In this document: piece by piece, positions 48,440 to 61,854 of the stretch
Numbering within the stretch: position 1 is the first letter of the stretch
Layout of the letters: each line of letters begins with the position of its first letter
DNA from: Azolla caroliniana
Taxonomy: Eukaryota > Plantae > Polypodiophyta
Reading direction: 5' to 3'
Assembly: GCA_043228905.1 (NCBI GenBank)
Contig: JBHGNT010000002.1
Coordinates: forward strand, 14,570,001-14,634,000
DNA: 64,000 nt
Made by a program: the position numbers and the translations under genes
Notes under the pieces: generated by a model
What the model was told of the DNA's origin: nothing
The model's database searches: none
The model's input: only the letters and a program-made list of their open reading frames with translations

Positions 48440-51400
48440 TGTAATGTCAAAATAGCATATATATCCATCGGGATACTTTCTCGTTTGTTGTTGGGAATAT
48501 CTAAACGATGCAAAAGACTAGCAGTTTTAAGTCGTTCCGACTTATTAATCTGACATTGTAAGCATTGAGTCACATATTTATGCATGTCATAGCACATCTT
48601 AGGCCAAAAAAAAGTACTCGAGATGAGAACGAGTGTGCGTTGTATTCTAGGATGATCAGTGGATGGTGCATCATCACATTCATGAAGAATTTTTTGGTAA
48701 ATTTGGAACACAGAACTTTCCACTACGGTAGAGCAAACCGTTTGTAATGTGAAAGGTCACCTTCGAGGGTAGGGCACTAGTAATGACATGTAAACCAGAT
48801 TCGACTTTTCTCCAGTATTTCGAGAAATAACTGTCATCAATGTATTTCCCTCGAAGGTGATCTAAAAGATCATATTTTATTTCCATGAAGCAATCATGTT
48901 AACTTCTTTAATGCGACTAAGAGCATCCGCAATGGTGTTCATAGAACCCTTGTGAGACCGTATGGAAAAATTAAAATCTTGCATAAGGTCAGCCCAACAG
49001 CTGTTACGACCAACAAGATCTGGTTGGACACAAAAATACTTCAATTATTGATGGTCTGTTGTAACCACAAATTGATTTCCATAGAGATAATGCGTCCATG
49101 TTTTTAGTGCATGTATTACCTACCACAAACAACTCTTTCTCTTGGACTGAATACCGAGATTGAGTAACATCACGCTTTTTACTTTCAAAAGTGATAGAGT
49201 GACCACTTTGATAAAGGACAACACCAATAGCATAATCATTAGCATCGGTTCGATTTAGAAAGGCTTAGAAGGGTCTGGTAATAGAAACATGGGAGCTTGA
49301 CACACATGGTCTTTGAGTGTCTCAAATGATGTGTCAAGTTTTTCATTCCAGGTAATTGGTTTGACAAACTTACGTGGATGACATTTTCAAAGGTCAGCTA
49401 ATGGTGTAGTCAATTTGGAATAGTTACGAATTGATTTACATTAAAATCCATCAAATCCTAAGAATGAGTGAAGCTCACGAATATTACGAGTAATGGGCCA
49501 AAGTTTAACCTTTTTAATACGAGAAAGTTCAATTTTAATGTCATTTTCTGTAATTAAATGACCTAGGTACACAATAGATTTTTGGAAAAAAACACATTCT
49601 GAATGTTTTGCATAGAAAGAGTTGTCATGCAACTTTTGCAAAACAAATTGAACATAGTGAACATGATCTTGCAAGGTACGACTATATATAAGAATATCAT
49701 CCAAGAAGATGACAACAAAATCATCGAGTTGATCTCGAAAAACGTCATTCATCGCTTGTTGGAATGTGGCTGGAGCATTAGTCAACCCGAAAGGCATGAC
49801 TAAAAACTCATAATGGCCATAGCGCGTACGAAAAACGGTTTTAGGAATATCATCTTCGGCAATGCGAATTTGATGATAACCTGTTTGTAAGTCAATTTTC
49901 GTAAAATATTGGGCCCCATGCAAACGATCAATCAAATCATTGGAAGGAGGTAACAAATATGCATTTTTTATTGTCATTTTATTCAAACAATGATAATTTA
50001 TACACATTCACCATGAACCTTCCTTCCTCTTAACTAATAGAACTAGTGCACCCCAAAGTGATTTACTATGCCTAATGTGGTCCATACTCAGGTATTCCTT
50101 AAGTTGTTTAGCGATCTCATCCTCTTCTAATAGACTAAATCGATAAGGTGGAATGATCACAAGAGTAGCACCGGGGATGAGTTCAATGTGATGGTCCACA
50201 TTACGTTTTGGTGGTAAAGTAAGCGGCAATTCGTTAGGAAACACGTCTTGAAAATTGTCTAAAATAGATTCGAGTAATTCTCATTCATAATGTGGTAATT
50301 GTGTGTCGTCAATATTAAAATAATAAAATTGAAGTGCGGGATCAATTACACACGAATAAATTGATGAACTAGAATACTCACTTAAAGATTTATAAGACAT
50401 AAGTGAACGAGAATGAAGTTTGGAACATTGAATAAAATGTTTACAATTATTAAGTTCAAATGTGATTGAGTGATTAACCCAATCAATGGACAAAGAAGGG
50501 TTTTTATTAGAAAACCAAGGGTATTCTAAAATGACATCTATGGATTGTAGTTTCATAACATGAAAGTCAAGCTTCTCCATATGGGTATCTATTTGAATTG
50601 GCAGTTGACAAACAATGCCACTGATGTATTAGACACCTTCATTTGCCATGTGAACTTGATAGATATGATCACTTGCGTTTATGTGGAGTTGCATTTCTTG
50701 CACTAAGTGATCATTAAGGAAATTGTGAGAACTACTAGAATCAAACAAGAAATGTGCTTGTGTTCCATTGATATACCCGAGTGTTCGGAGTAAATCATTA
50801 GGTTCAAGTAAATGTGAAGGAAAAGTGCATTCACATGAACTTAAGTGGTTGGTATGAACTTCAATAACATCAAAAGACTCACATGTGTGACTCGTAGATT
50901 TGTCTTGAGGACGGGTGTTCATTGACTTCCTCTCAAGACGATGACAAGTATCCTTTGTATGGTCCCGCTTCTTGCAATACGCATCGAAGAGGTTTAGTTT
51001 CTTTGAGTCGTGGTCAAGACTATCACTGGATTGCTTACATTTCCCAATGAACTTGACATTTGGAGTTTTGGCGAACTCAGGTTTATTATTCTGGTCTTTC
51101 TTGGAAGTCCTATGGTATTGGAGTACAATGTTGGGTGGAAGCATGCGAATGGAAACACTATTATAGCTATTTAGCTGGTAAATTGACCACAGCTAAATAG
51201 TTTTTTTTATAGCTAATTCTTAGTAGGAAGATCTTAAAGATACGTATCATTTATGATGGGGATGGAAATATTAGCATTTATGGTCCACCGTTTAGCTAGT
51301 CTTTATTTGAGATCAAATTCTAATCATCCCTAAAATTGCCAAAATATACAAATTACATGTAGCTAATTAGATAGCTAATTAGCTATGTCAAGGACATAGC

Positions 51401-51760
51401 TAATTGTTCCCATTCCCATGCTTTCACCCTGTTGACTGCTTCCTCGAAAGTTGTGGGGTCCTTGTCATGGACAATCCAATGGTAATCGCCATTGGGAATA
51501 CCATTCAAAAAACAAGTGACAAACCATTTCTCACCCGTGAGTCCTGATTTTTGGATCTGGGTCCGAGCATGATGCACATAATCCTCGAGAGACGTAAATG
51601 GTTTGCTTGACAACGTGAGCAAGTTTTACGCTTGTTTAGTTTGAGAAGGTGGCTGCAAGAATTGTTTCTTGAAAATATCTACAAAACCGTCCCAAGTTGT
51701 GGGTAAGTTATTTGCAGTCCTTAGGCCACGCCACCAAGTAGTAACTCGACCACCAACTCA
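48440..51760 (-). mobile_element. Decayed chromovirus-type gypsy gag-pol
   Basis: LFDSSSSHNF (PR), FTKIDLQTGYHQIRI, KTVFRTRYGHYEFLVMPFGLTNAPATF, FLDDILIYS, and INT zinc finger CLQCQINK. Confidence 0.85.
51163..51386. mobile_element. Possible MITE inserted in gypsy gag
   Basis: 14-bp terminal inverted repeat ATAGCTA(T/A)TTAGCT with internal AGCTA repeats. AT-rich and interrupts the gag frame, but the TSD is unclear. Confidence 0.45.
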
Positions 51761-52611
51761 TGACCGACATAACCAATTTTTATAGCATATGGCTTGGGAT
51801 GGAACTCAAAGTGAGACTCCCAACGACCAAGCCAAGTGTTAGGGCCTCCTTGGTTCTTTCTTTCTTATCTCCCTTGAATGGCGTGACTACGAAAGAAGGT
51901 TCACCTTCTTTTTTGGAGTCAATCGTCAATTCTTGGAATTCTTTTCAAAGCCCATCATGTATTGATATGGTCAAAGTAGTGTATTACATGCAAAAACAAG
52001 TGCACTCGCAAGTAATATTCTAGTCTTATGAGTAGCAAGCAAATGTTATGAAAAAAAAGATAAAAATAAGTCACTACCTATAAGAGTCAAGAAGTGACGA
52101 AAACAAGGTCCAAAAAACCATGTGTTACCTACTAAACAAAAATGCCACAAATAAATGGATGGTGTGAGGTATGCACATATCCATCCCAATATGGTGATTG
52201 TAATTTGCACAATTGTGACATAAGCCACAAATTGATACAAATGGTAGTGGTGTTGTGCGCAAAGATGGAGTACCCAAATCTATGAGTAAAACATAAATAG
52301 GGAAACTCATGTGGTTTTAATCGAGGTTTAAGGCTCAATAACATGAGGTAAACCTAGATGACACGTTGGAAAAATGGTTCAAAAAAGCGGCATGATGTTA
52401 GATGGAAGTCTACATGGAAGCGTTACATCATAGGTAAACGCACGTAAATACTTTAAATGAAAAAAGAGAGTGAAGTGTGGATGGGTAGATGACAATCACA
52501 AGAAAATCGTGTCAAAGTGGAAAGACAAATTGTGAAACTAGAAAATACTTAGGATAATAATAAAATAGATGTATGTATCATTAAGTGTGCCTTAAGGTAA
52601 GAAACCCTAGG

Positions 52612-52775
52612 GTAATCGACATGCAACTCGTCAAGACGACCACATCCCATATAATCGGCCAAGAGATGGCTCAATAGAGAGTAGAGTGGCATCGGTAATC
52701 GACATACACCTCGTCAAGACCACAACTTCCCATAGAATAGCCAAAAGATGGCTGAATAGAGGGAAGAGTGGCATA
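52612..52775. repeat. Imperfect ~83-bp tandem repeat (2 copies)
   Basis: GTAATCGACAT...CTCGTCAAGAC...GATGGCT...AGAGTGGCAT occurs twice. Confidence 0.7.
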
Positions 52776-52859
52776 CACAACATCATATGCAAAAGGGCCA
52801 TTAGGTGAGTGTGCGTGATTAGTGCAAACACGCTTGACCCTATGCACAAGATTAATTAT

Positions 52860-53870
52860 TATCAAGATTCTAACTTTTATGCTTGTTTGGATAAAGACCA
52901 ACCTTTTGTAATTTAAAAGAAGATATTACTTATTTCAAATATTAGGGGGAAGTTATTATCTTTGATGATATGAATGCCCATACCCCATACAAGATGTTTC
53001 CAACTTGATGCACAACAATCTTTCATGCCACATATTTCAAGGATGCAAGAGAATATGCATAGTCGTTCTTCTATTGATGAAAAAGATCAGAACCAATTTG
53101 GTAAGTTACTCCTATAAATGTGCAATAATACTACAATGCTTATTGCAAATGGTGTATCCTTATGACCCATCACTAATGGTTTTTACATGTAGAAAACACA
53201 ATGGAAATAGTGTGATTAACTATGTGCTACTTTCCGAAGGTATTTTGGATCACTTACACAAATTCTCACAAATGCATCAAGAAATGTAGTTTAAAGAAAA
53301 AAATGGTTTGATAAAGAATATCATGAAGCTTGAAACTGTCTTATGATTTTGGACATAGTCAAGGATAAAGAAAAATATCAAAAGCATTTGCATGAGTACA
53401 AAAGACATATTCAAAGAAACAGAAAAATATGGGAAGTTAATTATTTTTCCAAATACATGTGCTAAATTCTAGGGAAATTTAAAGGGAAACGTTATCAATT
53501 GTCGGAAGATAATGTGTTATGGTTCTCTTTCACATATGTCTCTCATCTTTACAATTAAAGATATATGCATAAAACTTAAGAAATTGACCCATCGAAAGAC
53601 AAACAATCTTCAATGCATAAAGGTTGAAATGTTCAAATGGATGGGAAAGGAAGCACATTCATGGATAAGTGATATGTTTAATCATGGATTACAACATGGC
53701 ATTCCCTACAAATACATACTTAAGGTTCAAAAAGTCACTAACATCAACTTTGTTAGAATCGCATGGGAATCAAGCAAAAAGATACAAAAGGCACATAAAA
53801 GCAAACTTTAGTATTCTAGTTGGATGCAACATATGAAAAAATGGTTTGGAAAATGGGATGCAACACATTA
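52860..53870 (+). mobile_element. Highly degenerate LINE ORF2 remnant
   Basis: GEVIIFDDMNA, FTCRKHNGNSVINYVLL and W.SDMFN resemble APE and RT-linker segments of the 18-22 kb LINE. Confidence 0.55.
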
Positions 53871-53872
53871 GG

Positions 53873-54238
53873 TGTCGAATACAGGTGTATAATGGACATA
53901 TTCACACTATCCCACTTGGATAGACTAGGTAGTGGACAATTCTATAAATATAGTAAAGGGCAGTTGCCGTAGTTTAATTCAGATATAACACTGGACTCGT
54001 AACCTAGTTGTTATGGTTGATAGTGTCATTCTTGTATTGTAACTTTTTGAATAATACAGTCACTCTGTTCCTGCCTTTTGGAGTCCATGTCTCCTTCTCT
54101 CTTGTTAATCTTGATCTCTAATAAGTTGCCTCTTGATTGCTTCAATCTGTTTAAGTTAAACTTGGTGTTCTTCAACACTATGATGACGTGTTTGTTCCAC
54201 CACTAATGGTCTCCAGCTCCAACATTTGGTATCAAAGC
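53873..54238 (+). repeat. LTR (53873-54224) with Met PBS (54227-54238), internal part lost
   Basis: TGTCG...CAACA termini, TATAAATA at ~53943, and TGGTATCAAAGC. Confidence 0.7.
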
Positions 54239-54328
54239 TTAGTTTTGTACTCCGTTGCCGATTGTCACTTGCCCTCAACAACATCTCTAACTTCACCCCC
54301 TTGAAGGTCACAAGAAGTTGATTATACT

Positions 54329-56280
54329 TGTCAAAACATATTCTTAGATTTCAGATGAACTGAAATCTTCTTATCAACAACCATTCAGACCTTATTCTAA
54401 GGAGAGGAAGACACCTTGTAGATTTGCACTATTACACTTATTTGTTCCTCGAGTAGCTTTGATGCGAACCTTTTCCCTATACATGGGCACTTTTTACTCT
54501 AGGGTTGGCTAGAGGTTTTTTCCCATGTTACCACATACATGATTCACTCATATGTAGTGGTGCTTAGTACTTAGGGATATATTTTCAGCTCTTACTTAAG
54601 TTTTAACATTATTCATAAATAGAGAGAGCTATTTCAGCCATTTTCTTCTCTGTGTGAGTGTTGTGTTTGTACTTCCTGTGTCTGTACTCCTTGTGTGCTT
54701 CTTGTGCGTCTCTTACAATCCTACACACACCCAACAATGGTATCAGAGCAGGTTCTTCATCCTCTCCATTTTCGGTTTTTCGTATCACGGCGCGCACACA
54801 CTTTTAACAATGCAAATCAACTTCTGAACATAAAGAAGTGAATTCCAGCACTCCGAGATCATTTTCAGCAGGGGCCTTATTGTTTTACCCCTATTTTGAA
54901 GCCAATCGTGCAGTCAAAATCACCATCCGAGTGACATTTTGTGAGCTGAAATTTCAGCACTCATTTAAGATTTCGTTGAGGTAAGATTTTGCCATTTTCT
55001 TGTTCTTTGGTGAAATGACGAACAACGGTGACTTTGTTTGGCATGCTTCAAGCTGAAGACAAGCTTGATGGGACTAACTACCCAATGCGGTCCTACAAGA
55101 TGAAACACGTTCTTGTTGCCAAAAAACTATGGAACATAGTGGTAGATGTAGATCGGCGTCCCGCAGGTTCTTCTACTTCACAGTCTACTGTCACAAATAC
55201 AGGTTCTTCTTGAAGCATAGTAGGTTCACCTACTCCTTCTACACAGGAGCAACTTAGATGGGATGGAAAAGATGCTCAAGCTCATGCATTGATTGCACTT
55301 TCTATGAAGCATCATATAGTTCCACATATTCGGTCATGCTCTACATTGAAACATGCATGGGACACTCTTGCTTCTTTGTATGCATTACGTAATGAAGCAC
55401 GTGTTGCATATTTGAGAAAGCAACTTGAGGATGTATGTATGGCTGAAAATGAGTCAGTCAATGTGTATGTGGCACGCATCAAAGATTTGAAAGAGCAATT
55501 AGCGAACATAGATGAGATCATTATGAATACATCACTTATCTCTACGTTGTTGAAAGGATTACTAGAATATTTTCAAAGCTTTGTTACTACAATCCATTTG
55601 TTTGCAAAAGGAAATGTTGATATGTATGCATTTGATGAGGTTGAGTCTCTTCTTTTGCAAGAAGAACAATCTAGAGTGAATAGAATTGGTTTGATAGAGG
55701 GAACACAAGCACTTGATATCTCACAGAAAGGAAAAAGCAAGTATGGTTCAACTTTGGGTTCATCAAAACCAAAGCCTCAACCTTCCTCTTCCATTTATTC
55801 CATGATGGTGATTCGCAAAAGAAGAAGAGATGCAAATATTGCTGGAAGGCTGGTCATACTATTGATGAGTGTAGAAAGCTTGCTAAGCACAATGAGAAGA
55901 AGAAGGAATTCGGCATGATCATTGTTGAAAATTCTTCATGTGCAAAGAGTTATAAAGCCAACATGGCTCAAGATTTTTGGGCATGTGTTGTTACATATCA
56001 TTATGATGCATCATTGCACTCTTAAGTGTATGGTTGTAAGTGAGGCTGATTCTGATTGGTTCTTTGATAGTGGTGCTTCAAACCACATAACTTCATGCAA
56101 AAGTTTTTTGCATCCTTGAACGATGTGCCCAAAGGAGGACATGTGGTGTGTGCAAACAATGCATCTTATCCTATCATTGGAGTAGGAGAAATTGTGCTTA
56201 TGGCTGTAAATGGAGGTTTTCTCATCTTGAAGAATGTATTGTATGTGCCCGGTATCAAGAAGAACTTAATTTCTGGTTGA
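54329..56280 (+). mobile_element. Copia 5' part: LTR (~54329-54736), PBS 54738-54749, gag-PR
   Basis: TGGTATCAGAGC, DKLDGTNY, AWDTLASLY, WFFDSGASNH and NVLYVPGIKKNLIS. Confidence 0.82.
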
Positions 56281-56860
56281 AAAAGTTTTTGGTGGCACAA
56301 ACCGCTTCTCCACTACCTCGTGATGTTGCCACACCACTTCACATTGCCATCCAGTAGACATCATGAACTGAACCATCAAACCACTCAAAATAATGCTTGC
56401 TCAAGCACCGATTCACTAACATCTCATCTACAACTGGGGATTCCATGTGTTTGTGGATACCTACTACTTTGTTGTTGACATCATGTTAATGTAGTTGTGG
56501 TACGATCCGTATCAAATGGTCTACTAAGCCAATCGAAAATTGTAAAAACTAGAACAAAACTATTTGAGAATGGAGCAAGAATCGTTGAACCTTATCTAAA
56601 AGTCAACAATTTCCCAGTCCACCACCAATAGGCCAAAATTTCAAATTTGACATAGATTATTTGGGACTCCTTTATTTGGTGGGGAAGGTCTCCTTAGTTG
56701 GGAAATATTGAACAATGTTCCTCCGCAAATTTGAGCTCACCACTTTTCATTTGTCCCAACACACAACACACAAATAGTCGATTATCAATAACAATTGGGG
56801 TCCAACAAATCAATAACAATTATCGCCAATAAGTTTCTAGATGCCAAAATCTTGCGTGTC
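56281..56860 (+). mobile_element. Very degenerate gypsy RNase H remnant
   Basis: FHVFVD and RKL..LEQNY motifs like the RH at 8128-8466. Confidence 0.5.
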
Positions 56861-58124
56861 AAATAAATGGCACTTCAAATCCAATTTCTCTTGGATCATG
56901 GGTTACATCCGACTAGGATTATCCGAGAAGTACATTATCATGATATCAACATAACCAACACACACAAAAATGGCCTCTTTATATTAGATATTTTATGTTA
57001 ACTAATATTTTATCACTAATTCTAAATCATAGTTAGATTAGTTCTATAATAAATATATTTTTCCTAAAATTTCTCCCAAAATACTAGTTTTATAATTCAG
57101 CACTTCATGCAAAGATTAATTTAAACAACATTGTAATATTTAGCAAAATTCAAGTTATCAATTTAACCAAATGACATCATTTTTAATTCTTATGTTATAT
57201 CATTATTTCTACTTCTGACAAAATGTTATAAATATATGCAATTCTACATATTAAGAAAATTACCTGTAAATTTGGTTTATACGATTACACTTGGTTCATA
57301 TTTTATTTTTAAATTATCTCCTATATGAATGACTGATTCTTTATATTGACTTCTCATCTTTCTCTTAAAATCTATGAATGAAAGTACCATGTTCAGTGAC
57401 TTGTGTGATTCTTACCAATTCAAATTTGATTAATGGGCTTTTGTTTTTATAAATCAAGAAACTTTAATGAAAGTATTATACGAAATATTTTTTAAAGAAA
57501 GCAGCGTAATGTAGACTTAATTTTATCTATATTGATATAATAATATATTGCACACAAATTCAAGTGAATAAGGCCTACATATTATGTATTGAGAAGAAAC
57601 ATATGTAATCCATAAGTTAGCTTTGTCCATGGACTTTGACAACATACCCAAAACATTTGATTCTCTGTAACAGCCTTAAGACTCTTCCCTTAAATCTAGG
57701 ATTGTTCTAAAATCTTTTACATCATATCTCATAATTAAACTAATGACTCATCATTTACTACAATGTCGCCAAAAAAGTAATAAAGAGAGAAAATTACAAG
57801 TCACTCGTACATCAATTATGATATGAAGTTTCATAATTAATTTACTGATGTGTGTGGCATGAGAGAGACTTAACTCGTCAAATAAATGCCGATGGAATAT
57901 TCACCCCAGGAACACTCGGTCAGATTACACTTCATAACTCAAGAACCAGACTCTTGGCACTTCTTCCAATTGAAACAAGCCTTCTGATAAGAATTTGCAC
58001 CATTAGGCAAAAGAGATGGTCACTAATCACAATATGAGTCGATTTCTTGAGTGTGTTTCACGCATTCATATAACGCAGATCCTTTTCAGCTTCAATTCCA
58101 TCAAAATAAGAAACAAAGAAATGT

Positions 58125-60462
58125 CTATTTGCTTCCATATTCTTTGATAAGAACAAAGTCAGCGTACTTTTCTGGGATTTTCTCCAAATCTCTACCCTCA
58201 ATCCACCATTGACCAACTAAAACCCCAGGGCCAACAGGTCGTAGATAACAAAATGATGCATCATTGAATGGCCACAGATGTTGAACTACACAAGCGAAAA
58301 AGGAAAAGTATGTTTGCTAGTTTTCTCACAAAATAAAATAAAATGAAGGCATTACACAGAAATATATGGGTTGATGATATCAAGTTTGGATGATTACCTG
58401 GTTTTGGAAAATTTTGAGGAAGTTCACGAAGATGTAGTTGTCCATCACCGTAGTCCAAAGCTATGTTGCATGCCTCCTCAGTTGCCACAACTTTCCGTGT
58501 TTCTCTAACCTCAAAATATAGAGGCATCACTTGTGTTGTAATATATTTGACCATCCAACCTCCTGTCATGATAGGAAGGAGGAAAAACTACTTAAATTAT
58601 GGAAACATGACATAATATATGGGAGAAGATACCAAAATATACACTTCTTGGATCTGTTTAGAGGCATCCACAATCAGAAAGAAATTTAAAACAAATGATA
58701 ATTGCACAGACCTACTATCACACGACCATATACACTACCATCGGTAGACAGGAAAAAGACCTACACCAAATTCAACTTAATCAATATTAGAACTACATCG
58801 AGTTGAGAATTAGAGCTTGTAATATATTCAAATCTTCAGAGAAGACCAACCTTCTGGAATGCACAGAATTGATTTAATAGCCATGAATCTATCCCAAAAA
58901 GAGCATACCAAACAGAAAAGTAATGAGACATTGAAACACATGTGAATTCCAATACATGGATAATGATGAAGATGTATCTACCAGAGAAAGCTCTTCCATC
59001 CCATGTAACAGGCTTCATGAAGGATTCACTTTGTGAACCGAGCAAAATACTTCCAGGATCAGAATTCGAGATTCCGGAATAATCCCCTGCAATTTCCCAC
59101 ATAGTTTGCACTAGCCTACAAAATAATTCAGATTTGAGAAAAACTATTTTATTACATTACAAACACATTTCTTTTCAAAGTACATCATGCAATGCAAGGA
59201 TTGGTGTCTTCATAAATACCCCCAGTATTATCTATCACTGTCGCTCCATGTGTTATGGAATATACGTTGATATCAAGGTTGTCAAGCCATTTTTTAAGTG
59301 CGACTGAGACTTTTGTAATGAATGAATAACATACAAGATTTACATCACGAGCATGTTATGTGTTAGAAGTTTTAGTATTTCAATGACGTAATATGTGGGA
59401 ACACTAAAGTCTCTTTCTGACAGGATGTATAAAGGCAATGCTTTAACATTGTGCTCTAGCATGTAATTTCTCATTATCCATCATGAGGTTAGTTAGCCAC
59501 ATGTGAGAACAAAACATGTCAATATAAAAGACAAACACACATTTATTTTTCCTTACTTGGGTGAAAGGAGGTCAAGAAGACGATGCCTTCGCTCTTTTGG
59601 AATATCCCCAATTTTTTTCCTGCATTCATTTTTCACTAATTTTTCAAATATTCACAATTAGGGTAATCTTATCATTTGTTAAATTGAGAATTGGAAACAA
59701 AGACATGCAGAACTAACGAGCTCTGAGACATTCGAAAACAGGTAACGAAACTAAGTCTTTTGAAAATTACATATGTAAATAAATACCAAAGGTATGCAGC
59801 TTGGTCATAGGTGTTAGCATCATTGGGTATCAGATAAGCAGGTGGATCGAGTAATGTTATAACGTCAAGTTCATCAAGGTAGACCTTCCGCCCTGATTCA
59901 AGTATCCTGTACGGGTCTTCACCATCATTTCCGATGGTAGCATTATTGTTCATTTCAGCTTCTATCTCTTCATCGGATTCATTGTACCACCGTGACAAAT
60001 TTCTTTCTTCATGTATACTTTCGCTATCATGGCTTGTATGAGTAATCCCTCCATGCCCTTCCTACACACAAACCCAAAAAGACTCGAATTCCTTCTTTCT
60101 CTAAAAGAAGTAGACCATGGCTACTTTATCATTTGATTAAAAAGCATGGCAAAATGTTTTCTAGAGGATACCTGAAAAAATGGAAAATTGACTTTGCCGT
60201 TCACTGCTCTTATCATTTGGCATCTCTTTCTTACGTCACTCTGCCTTCTTCCATAAAATCCATTGAATGTTCTCCTTGTTTGACATGAAGATGAAGACAC
60301 TGCGCATATTTTATCTTTCAAAGTGAAAGCAGAGCCAGGCAAGGTTATACATAAACAAGAAGACCCGTGTTTTAGAGGAGGAGATGATTGTGGTGCATGC
60401 ATACCTCGTTGTGTTGGGGTTTCGAAGCTCCACGCTTGGTGAAGCTGGAAACTCACGGCCAT
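58125..60462 (-). CDS. Conserved plant protein of unknown function, AT3G32930-like, likely plastid-targeted, 391 aa, 8 exons
   Basis: Exons 60462-60172, 60061-59787, 59619-59557, 59115-58982, 58888-58851, 58760-58712, 58562-58398 and 58285-58125, all GT-AG, total 1176 nt in frame. Motifs LDELDVITLLDPP, AAYLWKKIGDIPKERRHRLL, WEIAG, PLYF, WPFND and GPGVLVGQ. Ser-rich transit-like N-terminus. Confidence 0.88.
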
Positions 60463-60564
60463 CGCCAGAGAGAGAGAGAGAGATGGGAAATTGCCCAGAT
60501 AGAGCCCCCTGAATCGTTTTTCTTTTATCTCCCAAAATGACCTCTTCTTCACCACTCTCGGTCA

Positions 60565-60595
<31 letters not shown>

Positions 60596-60633
60596 GAAGG
60601 TAGGCTACATACATTGGGGGGGGGGGGGGGGGG
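60565..60633. repeat. (CT)n microsatellite and G18 homopolymer upstream of the 8-exon gene
   Basis: Read directly from the sequence. Confidence 0.9.
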
Positions 60634-61854
60634 TTCAAAAGAAATATACATGCCTTTATGTATGTGTCATGTCACTCTCGATCTCAATATACAATATACA
60701 TGTTCTTCTTCGATAAAGATCATACATACATACTGATACAATATGTACATACATATATACGAAGATGCCATGCTGATTGGGGGAGAAGGGGGGAGATCAT
60801 AACAAATAAATAAATAAAAGCACTTGGGCCATGAAAGGAGTGCAGAAACCAAGTTGTTTCAATCACCTACAATAATGATGTCACATATAATCAAATAAGT
60901 AGCCACAAGGACTCAATGTTGATTGGATTGTAAGACACTTTCATTGACCAAACTAACCGAGGAGCATACGCTATGTTATCAAAACGTTGTTAGGGCCAAC
61001 CAACAATTAAAAAGTTTGTATCCAACAACTACTTGGGTGTATATAGGAGCATTAGTCATCAGTGTCACAATGTTGGGAATGAACAATGATATATATCAAA
61101 CAATGTCAACATCAATGTTTGGTTCCTTTGCTCGTGAAATCACACACACACACACACACAAAAGTTGAAATTGAATGTGAGTGTGTGTGGCTCCAAAATT
61201 CAAAGATATTTAATCGTAATACTAGAGAGAAGGTAATTGAGATGCATAAAATAAACATGAATGAGGCACAATCATAAGGGAAACCATCTATGATTAATAT
61301 CTCAAATTGCGAAGACTAATAGCCTACTACTTTCAAAACAAATGTAATATAAGTATACAACAAAGTAGAGAAACATTTCATTCTTTTAAAGGCCATAGAT
61401 TCCAAAAATATCATAGGTTAAAATTCAACGGGAATCATTTGACATTCATATTCTTAAGGCCTCACGACACTTTTTTCAATTATCAAAAGGGGATGTTTGT
61501 TGTCTGGGGAAATCAAATGAACAATTAGGTAAGGCATAACTTAAATCACAAATTTTATGAAACAAAATTTTATAGTGACTTTGTGGGGAATTACAAGAGT
61601 TATAAATCTTAAATGGATGACCACTACTCATTGGAGTTGTAAGTGATAACCTAAAGCATCCATGGCAACTACACCAAAATCTCTATTCATCATTCCATAT
61701 TTGGTTTAGCTTTTACATTATTATTAGAGTAATTGAAGGCCAAGTAATGAGAATAGTTTTATAAAAGGAGACCTAGCCAATTAATTCGTGAAGATTTCCT
61801 ACAAAGTTAGGGGAAAAAGTAGATTTTCGTTCATAATCAAAGTTCTTAGCCTCA

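Noticed and set aside
60463-60555. N-terminal extension MVKKRSF... of exon 1 in the ORF track
   Set aside because: Non-ATG start running through a CT-repeat 5' UTR; the ATG at 60462 has good context (GCGATGG).
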